This document shows positions 1 to 6,206 of a DNA stretch of 6,206 nucleotides, one piece after another. How positions within the stretch are numbered: position 1 is the first letter of the stretch; each line of letters begins with the position of its first letter. Both the position numbers and the translations under genes were made by a program. The stretch is from Octopus sinensis (taxonomy: Eukaryota): positions 1 to 6,206 of the forward strand of contig NW_021829349.1 of assembly GCF_006345805.1 (NCBI RefSeq), written 5' to 3'. The notes under the pieces were generated by a model. That model was not told the DNA's origin. It did not search any database and saw only the letters and a list, made by a program, of their open reading frames with translations.

Positions 1-61
1 TGTATACACAAAAAATTAAAACACGGATGTATGCATAGAAATGCATATATAACACCCTATA

Positions 62-62
62 G

Positions 63-126
<64 letters not shown>

Positions 127-159
127 GTATGTATGTATGTATATATGTATGTATATATG

Positions 160-192
<33 letters not shown>

Positions 193-236
193 TATATATA
201 TGTATATATGTATGTATGTATGTATATATGTATGTA

Positions 237-287
<51 letters not shown>

Positions 288-389
288 TATGATATATATA
301 TATATATATGCATATATATATATATGCATCTATATATATATATATACCTACGTATATATACACATATACATATGTGTATATTATACATG

Positions 390-427
<38 letters not shown>

Positions 428-473
428 TACACACACACCAATATATATTATATATATATACACACATATAATT
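62..473. repeat. Compound (AT)n microsatellite with TATG and CA/TACA interruptions
   Basis: Seen directly: perfect (AT)27 at 66-119, then TATG-interrupted AT (120-290) and CA-interrupted AT (310-473). Confidence 0.97.
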
Positions 474-685
474 ATGAAGCAAACATTTGCACTCATTATT
501 ATGCACTTGTGCGTCCTTGCATGCTTTGAATATCACAGTAGGGTCAAACGAAAATCTGTGAAGATCATTAAAGCAGGAAACACAGCTAAATATAGAGGAA
601 AATCTTTGTTGTTTACAGTAGTAGTCCCGTGCAGAGGCATTTGAAGCTGAAAAAATATTTTGGAAGTGAAAGAGAAATTTCGTTA

Positions 686-712
686 TGCATGCACACATAC
701 ACGCATACACAG
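686..712. repeat. Short degenerate (CA)n / purine-pyrimidine microsatellite
   Basis: Seen directly: tgcatgcacacatacacgcatacaca. Confidence 0.6.
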
Positions 713-1192
713 ATATTTGATGCAAGCTTGTTGAGATAAGGTTAAAAGTTTTGTTGTTGGCGAATCCAGGAAAAATTGAAATGTAAACTTATATTTTCCT
801 CTTTGGGTCGGGATAACTATTGTATTTATTATAATGAACAGAAGTTTTTCACGTAAATGTAAGGACATTATATGAATCGCGTGTTCCTAAAAGTTACGTA
901 TTGTCGAGCTATGCTAATATATTAGTATAACTTTAAAATGTTACCTATTTTCTAGTGATATTTTTCCTAACCAAAATCGACTTTTTTTTTCAGTGATTGT
1001 ATTTCCGTTCAACAAAGTTTTGAATTAAAAAAAAAAACTTTCCTAAAGTAACAACAAAATTGACAAACTCCGTATATAAAACATGCATTTATACATAAAA
1101 ATGTTTATTAACATTGGTGAAATGCGAGTACTAGAATAAAAAATAAAAACAAAACACTACTAAAGTAGACACGATCATTTATTAAAACTTTA

Positions 1193-1771
1193 TGGCATAC
1201 CTACACAGGTATCCCAAACCCCGATTTAGTTCACTTATAACTTTCTGAAAATGATATTTTTAAATGAAATTTTCTACAAACACCTTTCAGAGAGTGCAGA
1301 TTACGATTATATCGGAATTTAACGTAAAAAAGAAAAAAAATTGGTCGATGCACACAATATACACACTGATACATATTAGATAATTTTTTTTTACCAAAAT
1401 TTCAAGTCTCATTTTGTAGAGATGTATATGACATCTGTATGTATGTGTGCTTGCCTATCAACTTTTCGTAATAAATTCCGATATAATCGTAATCTATACC
1501 ATCTGCAAGGTATTTGGGGAAAATTTCATTAAAATCTATCCATTTTTTAAGTTAGGAGGAAACAAAGTCGACTCGTGTGAATCATCCGGAACTCCTGTTA
1601 TTTTGCATTCTAAAAAGTTTTTCACAAGAAATTCCGATTAAATCGTAATCTACACCACCTGAAAGGTATTTGTAGAAAATTTCATGAAAGAAATATCCAT
1701 TTTTCTGAAAAAGTTATGAGGAAATAAAATCAAGGTGCGGAGGTGGGGTGCACACTTGTGTAGGTATACCA
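1193..1771. mobile_element. Non-autonomous DNA transposon (MITE/foldback-like) with long imperfect terminal inverted repeats
   Basis: Seen: the terminal 18-mers tggcatacctacacaggt (1193-1210) and acttgtgtaggtatacca (1754-1771) are reverse complements at 16/18. The core 1264-1320 is the reverse complement of 1629-1685 at 50/57, and the similarity covers about 1193-1330 vs 1617-1771. No transposase ORF. No clear TSD, so the superfamily is unassigned. The MITE call is inference from structure. Confidence 0.85.
1462..1570 (+). repeat. Internal third copy of the TIR arm module (direct repeat of the right arm, 156-bp offset)
   Basis: Seen: 1473-1529 matches 1629-1685 at 50/57 in direct orientation. 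Similarity continues as tatccatttttt..aagttaggaggaaacaaagtc vs tatccatttttctgaaaaagttatgaggaaataaaatc. Confidence 0.9.
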
Positions 1772-1820
1772 ATTTAATCACAAATGTACAGTAGACTTTT
1801 ACATGGAATCGTGACTAATT

Positions 1821-1886
1821 CACTGCTTGACTATTATATAAATAGTCACTACTATGGCAAGCCACTACTTAACTATTATATAAATA
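1821..1886. repeat. 24-bp direct repeat (2 copies, 42-bp period)
   Basis: Seen: cactgcttgactattatataaata (1821-1844) and cactacttaactattatataaata (1863-1886), 22/24 identical. Confidence 0.85.
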
Positions 1887-1935
1887 ATAGGTAGGAACAG
1901 TAAAAGTGTACTATTACATGCTTGATGAATATGTA

Positions 1936-2135
1936 TTATAAATCCACTTTTCCATGCATGAATGAATCAGATGAAGTTTGTTAAGGCAGATGTCCAGATG
2001 CCCTTCCTGTCACCAATACTTACCTGTTTCCAAGCAAAGTAATATTTTACCCATGACCAGACTTTGACACTGCTTGTATGACAGTGACACTCACTTTTAC
2101 GACTATCATGTGATGATAAGACAAGGAGACACAAA
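1936..2135 (-). mobile_element. 3' body of a SINE-like interspersed repeat (probably the distal half of the SINE whose head is 2491-2647)
   Basis: The minus strand reads gtgtctccttgtctt...tcatacaagcagtgtc...ttggaaacaggtaagtattggtgacaggaagggcatc...atggaaaagtggat. I recall this block, including the tggNgacaggaagggcatc motif (1997-2016), as a common octopus repeat. There is only one copy in the window, so this rests on recall. Confidence 0.65.
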
Positions 2136-2139
2136 CGCA

Positions 2140-2240
2140 TTCATACACCATTATATATATATGCATCTATGTGTGTATATATATATATACAAAATAAGAA
2201 AATGGAGGAATAGATTCATATATATACATCTATGTGTGTA

Positions 2241-2275
<35 letters not shown>

Positions 2276-2490
2276 GCATGTATGTGTGCATACACACACA
2301 CACACATATATCTATGTATGCATGTGAATAAATATACATTTATGAATTTATATATATTTATATATATATACACACATATATGTATACATATGCATATTTA
2401 TATATATATATATTTATATATAGGTAATCACATATATATGTATGTACACACACACATATATATATATATACATGCACACACACATGTATA
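2140..2490. repeat. Compound (TA)n/(TG)n/(CA)n microsatellite
   Basis: Seen directly, with a ~30-bp non-repetitive insert at about 2190-2218. Confidence 0.95.
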
Positions 2491-2647
2491 CAGTAGGCTT
2501 CTTTTAGCTTCGCTTATACCAAATCCACTGACATGGCTTTGGTCATCTGAACGCTATAGTAGAAGATACTTGTCTAAGGTGTCATGCTGTGGGACTGAAC
2601 CGGAAACCACAATTTGGGAAGCAAACTTTTTACCACCCAAGACTGTC
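2491..2647 (-). mobile_element. tRNA-derived SINE head, family 1 (degenerate)
   Basis: The minus strand has a Pol III B-box-like ggttcagtccc (2591-2601), a degenerate A-box region ending in tggtaa (about 2630-2644), then caccttagacaagtatcttctactatagc, which resembles the ccttgggcaagt motif of CORE-type SINEs. It ends in ...aaagaagcc directly before the microsatellite. It resembles an abundant octopus SINE from memory. Confidence 0.8.
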
Positions 2648-2695
2648 ACAAATATTCATTTCTAATATATGTGGAGGCCACATACTTTAGAGAAA

Positions 2696-2740
2696 GATGA
2701 TGATAATAATATAATAATAATTATAATAATAATAATAATA
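2696..2740. repeat. (GAT)/(AAT)n trinucleotide microsatellite
   Basis: Seen directly: gatgatgataataatataataataattataataataataataata. It may be the 3' tail of the decayed minus-strand SINE at 2770-2846 (inference). Confidence 0.9.
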
Positions 2741-2769
2741 GGGTATGTATGGTATATACACCTCGTGTG

Positions 2770-2846
2770 ATGAAAGATAAACTTAAGCTCAGAATATTAA
2801 GAATAAAACAAAACACTAATGGCTAATGATTCTGCAATCTGTTGCT
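2770..2846 (-). mobile_element. Highly decayed SINE family 2 fragment (copy A, head portion)
   Basis: Seen: the exact 12-mer gctaatgattct (2822-2833) is shared with copy D (5573-5584). It is preceded by atgaaag and ctcaga in the same order as in copy C. Confidence 0.5.
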
Positions 2847-2852
2847 AATACA

Positions 2853-2996
2853 TTTTTAACATAGGCACTCGGTCAGAAAATTTGGGGTGGTGGGGTGGGG
2901 GAGGATATAATTGATTATATCAGCTCCAATACTTTACTTTTTGATCCTGGAAGGATAACGGGCAAAGTTGATCTTAGCAAAATTTGAACTTTGGAA
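2853..2996 (-). mobile_element. SINE family 2, copy B (5'-truncated just beyond the B box)
   Basis: Seen: colinear with 3116-3255 (ataggcactcggtcagaaaattt / ttgatta / ggat..ggcaaagttg / aaatttgaact). B-box-like agttcaaatt on the minus strand at 2981-2990. Confidence 0.8.
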
Positions 2997-3033
2997 GCAG
3001 CAGCAGTAGTAGCAATAGTAGTAGTAGTAGTAG

Positions 3034-3115
<82 letters not shown>
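2997..3115. repeat. Compound (CAG)n/(TAG)n trinucleotide microsatellite
   Basis: Seen: (CAG)8 at 3040-3063 and (TAG)17 at 3064-3114, preceded by mixed CAG/TAG units, all in one register. It directly abuts the 3' end of SINE copy C. Confidence 0.97.
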
Positions 3116-3310
3116 CCTTTTTACTATAAACACAAGGCCTGAAATTTTGTAGGATGGGGCCACTTGATTACATCAACTGCAGAGCTCACTTGATACTTAT
3201 TTCACCGACCCTGAGAGGATGAAAGGCAAAGTTGGCCCCAGTGAAATTTGAACTCAGATTACAAAGAACTGGAAGAAATGCAGCTAAACATTTTGTCTGA
3301 CATGCTGGTA
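3116..3310 (-). mobile_element. SINE family 2, copy C (near full length, tRNA-derived)
   Basis: Seen: colinear with copies B and D (cacaaggcc..aatttt, gatta, tactta, ggat.aaaggcaa, ctaaa.attttg..catgct). B-box-like gagttcaaatt on the minus strand at 3245-3255. It matches my recollection of a very abundant octopus tRNA-SINE. Confidence 0.88.
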
Positions 3311-3606
3311 ATATAAGTCGTTAAAGGTAAAATTGGGAACATTAAAACGAAATGTATAATTTAATACAATGGAAATGAAGGAACAGAGGACTAACAGACA
3401 GGCAAATAGGGAGGGAGATAAACACATATAAAGACAGAGAGACAGATCGATAGTCAAAGATGGAAATATGGTGTTGAACTGTGGTCGTCGATTTATTGGG
3501 TGTTTTTTTATATTTTCCAGACATTTAGGAGTTTATTTGTCAACACATTTTATTTATTCATTCAAGAAACTTGGAAGTTTTCCATCCCATTACTCTGAGT
3601 TGCATT

Positions 3607-3639
<33 letters not shown>

Positions 3640-3695
3640 ATCGCATGCATATACAAACCTGCGTGCACACACATACACACATACATGCACACACT
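3607..3695. repeat. Compound (TC)n + (CA)n microsatellite
   Basis: Seen directly: tctctctctct, then an (AC) run at 3619-3638, then degenerate CA/TACA/TGCA units. Confidence 0.92.
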
Positions 3696-4315
3696 GCATA
3701 CTGTTAATTGTAAATAAAGAACAATATAAAATTGAAGAAGGACTATTTTTCAATCCTGCATATTAAAACTTTAACCACTAAGATTACAGAGACATCTTTA
3801 AAAAACAAAAAAAAACAAAACAATAGATAAAACAAGTGTTTTTAGCAATTTTTAAGGGTTTGTAATAGTTGTCCATCCTATTGCTTAAATAAATGATAAG
3901 GGAAGTGACAGCTACTTCATATGCAATGTATTTCCCACTCTATGCCTTGGCAGATTTCTCTCTATCTGTCATATAGTTGCAACACACAAGACGTAACACT
4001 CATTTCATTTTTACCTAGAAATCTGTCACCTACAACATCAAACTTGTTGATCTCCCCTTTATCCCCACCCTCACAAAAGTAACAATTTTAAACACCGTTC
4101 TTACTGGACTTGCTTTCAATCTCTTAGTCGGCATTTTTCCTTAGCTTGTTAAACTCACAAGGGGATGGGATGTGCCTGTCAGATGGAATGTTTTATTCTT
4201 ACGAGATCTAATTCTTTCTCTTATGTTGACATTGAAAAAAAAAAAAAAATCAGTATATGAATTTGTCTTCTTCCCTACATATCCAAAGTAGAATTCTCCG
4301 GAGACTAGGACAATA

Positions 4316-4382
4316 TGCACATATGCAAACGTATGTATGTATATCTATCATATATAATATATATATATATAATATATATATA

Positions 4383-4455
<73 letters not shown>

Positions 4456-4504
4456 GCATATATATATATATACTTATATTAATATAATATCTATATATCT
4501 ATCA

Positions 4505-4536
<32 letters not shown>

Positions 4537-4564
4537 ATAGTATATAGTATATTATATAATATAC

Positions 4565-4595
<31 letters not shown>

Positions 4596-4700
4596 TTATA
4601 TATACATATATACATGCATATATATCTATACATTATTTATATATACAATATATATATATATATCCTATATATATATATCTATTATATATATTTATTATTA
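4316..4700. repeat. Large degenerate (AT)n microsatellite
   Basis: Seen directly: several long AT runs with scattered substitutions and single-base indels. Confidence 0.96.
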
Positions 4701-4861
4701 ATAATCTGCAGAAGTTACTGAGTGGACTCAAGGCCAGAAGTTTCGTGCATTCGTGCACAAAAACTCTTGCTTCTTAAGTAACTCTGTTGATCATTAGTAA
4801 TAAAAACAGTATATATACACTTGCTTTTGGAGTTCTGTTTTCTCTTTTGCATCAACAAACC

Positions 4862-5186
4862 TACACACTCACGCACGCGCACACATACATACATACATAG
4901 GTATATATGTATGTGTGTATGTATGTGTGTATTGTGTGTGTGTGTGTTTAATATATATATATATATATATATATGTGTATATATATATATATATATATAG
5001 ATATATATATATATAATATATATAGTATATGTATATAAATTCTATATATATAGATATAATATAAGTATATATAGATATTTTATATGTATATATATATATA
5101 TGTATATGTATATATATATATATTTTATAATATATATATATATATGATATATATATATATATAAGTATGTATGAATTAATATATAT
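4862..5186. repeat. Compound (CA)/(TACA)/(TATG)/(TG)/(TA)n microsatellite
   Basis: Seen directly. Confidence 0.95.
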
Positions 5187-5415
5187 TTCTACCTTCTGCT
5201 ATGGTTAATTGGGGGACATTTTAGGGCCAGACTGAAAGAGTATCAAAAGTGAGAAAAGTTCAAAAACATTTCATTCATTTATCATTTGATAAAATAAACA
5301 CTAGATAATAAAAAAAAATTACATCTTTTAATGTTACTCTGAGTTAGTTTAAAGTTTATATTTCTTTCTTTCATTTGTCAAAAGAATAAGTGTAGTAGTA
5401 TTGAAATATAATATT

Positions 5416-5600
5416 GGTTTCAAATTTAGGCACAAGGCCAGCAATTTTGGGCAGCTGGGTAAGTCGATTAGATTGACCTCAGTGTTCAACTGGTACTTAA
5501 TTTATCAACCCAAAAGGATAAAAGGCAAGAGCATAAAGATGAGCGAAGATCCACTAAATGTTTTGCTAGCATGCTAATGATTCTCTCAGCTCACCATTTT
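5416..5600 (-). mobile_element. SINE family 2, copy D, with target-site duplication and internal deletion
   Basis: Seen: colinear with copy C. Flanked by gtattgaaata at 5398-5408 and 5603-5613 (extends to 17 of 18 bp with one indel). The A-box-like region gagctgagagaatcattagc is present on the minus strand (5573-5592), but the B-box segment is missing. Confidence 0.88.
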
Positions 5601-6206
5601 ATGTATTGAAATAAATATTAATAAATAAAATGATTTTCTTTAATAATTCTATGATCAACATTTTTCACAGCAGAAATTTCATAACGGAATATGAATCAAT
5701 GATGAAGTAAATATTTCACACACAAATAGTAGCAATAATTCTTAATTAATAATTTATAGTATTTCTAATGTTTCTCAGATATACAATTAATAAGATATTT
5801 ATAATGTAATATCAAAATATGAACAGACAAAAGGTGAAATTTCTGTCAGAATAATTGTTTAGCACTTATACATATTTTCCCAGTTAGTAGTTCTAAATGG
5901 TTGTTAAGTTGGTGAAGTACTGATACATTTGCTTTACAATTTCATATTTTACATAATATCAATGATTCAATGATAAACGGCAACAGAATAAGGTGCTTCA
6001 CGTATGGCATCTTTAATCTTATCTGTATCGAGATGGCTAAGACAGCGTGTACCAAAAACATTGATGCATAATTTTATAAACATAGTCAGAAGTGGTTTAA
6101 AGATAATATTTATGACTTTATTCAAGGGTCGTCAAGACTTGTCGGAAGAAGAGAAGGGAAAGTTCAAAGGTCATGGAAGATGTCAAACTGAGTGACAGAG
6201 TTAAGC

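Noticed and set aside
16-725. Overlapping ORFs of 73-171 aa on both strands
   Set aside because: The YI/IY/CV-rich translations come from (AT)n/(CA)n repeats, which lack stop codons. The short unique tails (e.g. [14 protein letters not shown]) resemble no protein I recognise.
683-868. 61-aa minus-strand ORF
   Set aside because: Short, no recognisable motif, ends in a microsatellite; expected by chance.
1447-1641. 64-aa ORF inside the foldback element as a possible transposase remnant
   Set aside because: It is just the translation of the internal repeat module, has a non-ATG start and shows no DDE or HTH features.
1264-1685. Repeated 57-bp modules as a CRISPR-like array
   Set aside because: Only three long degenerate copies, one inverted, with no repeat-spacer periodicity, no cas genes and a eukaryotic context.
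2590-2647. tRNA gene
   Set aside because: There is a B-box-like motif, but I cannot build a cloverleaf and the sequence continues into a SINE body.
2074-2665. ORFs of 62-143 aa
   Set aside because: Translations of microsatellite plus SINE sequence.
2668-2684. Hairpin tatgtgg-agg-ccacata
   Set aside because: A single 7-bp stem is plausible by chance in 6 kb and has no supporting context.
2915-3163. 82-aa poly-Thr/poly-Ala mucin-like or antifreeze-like ORF
   Set aside because: The homopolymers are the CAG/TAG microsatellite and both flanks are SINE sequence.
3342-3753. Three 60-79-aa ORFs
   Set aside because: They overlap degenerate GACA/GA and CA repeats, have no recognisable domain and conflict in strand.
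4235-4249. A15 tract as a retrocopy poly(A) tail
   Set aside because: No AATAAA just upstream on the + strand and no TSD or coding remnant found.
4250-4487. 69- and 76-aa ORFs
   Set aside because: Mostly (AT)n translation.
4724-4744. caaggccagaagttt resembling the SINE family 2 3' end
   Set aside because: The match is only about 15 nt and does not extend into the other conserved blocks.

Overview
This is AT-rich, non-coding eukaryotic DNA (intergenic or intronic). The repeat families resemble, from memory, those of octopus/coleoid cephalopod genomes; this needs a database check. I find no credible protein-coding gene: most listed ORFs are translations of (AT)n, (CA)n or (TAG/CAG)n microsatellites. 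The window holds: large compound AT microsatellites; a ~580-bp non-autonomous foldback/MITE-like element (1193-1771) with ~140-155-bp inverted arms and a third internal copy of the arm module; a probable bipartite tRNA-derived SINE (1936-2647, minus) split by an internal microsatellite; and four variably degraded copies of a second tRNA-derived SINE family (three head-to-tail at 2770-3310, one with a target-site duplication at 5416-5600), all on the minus strand. I see no evidence for a wholly new biological system. The most interesting structures are the foldback element and the SINE architectures.
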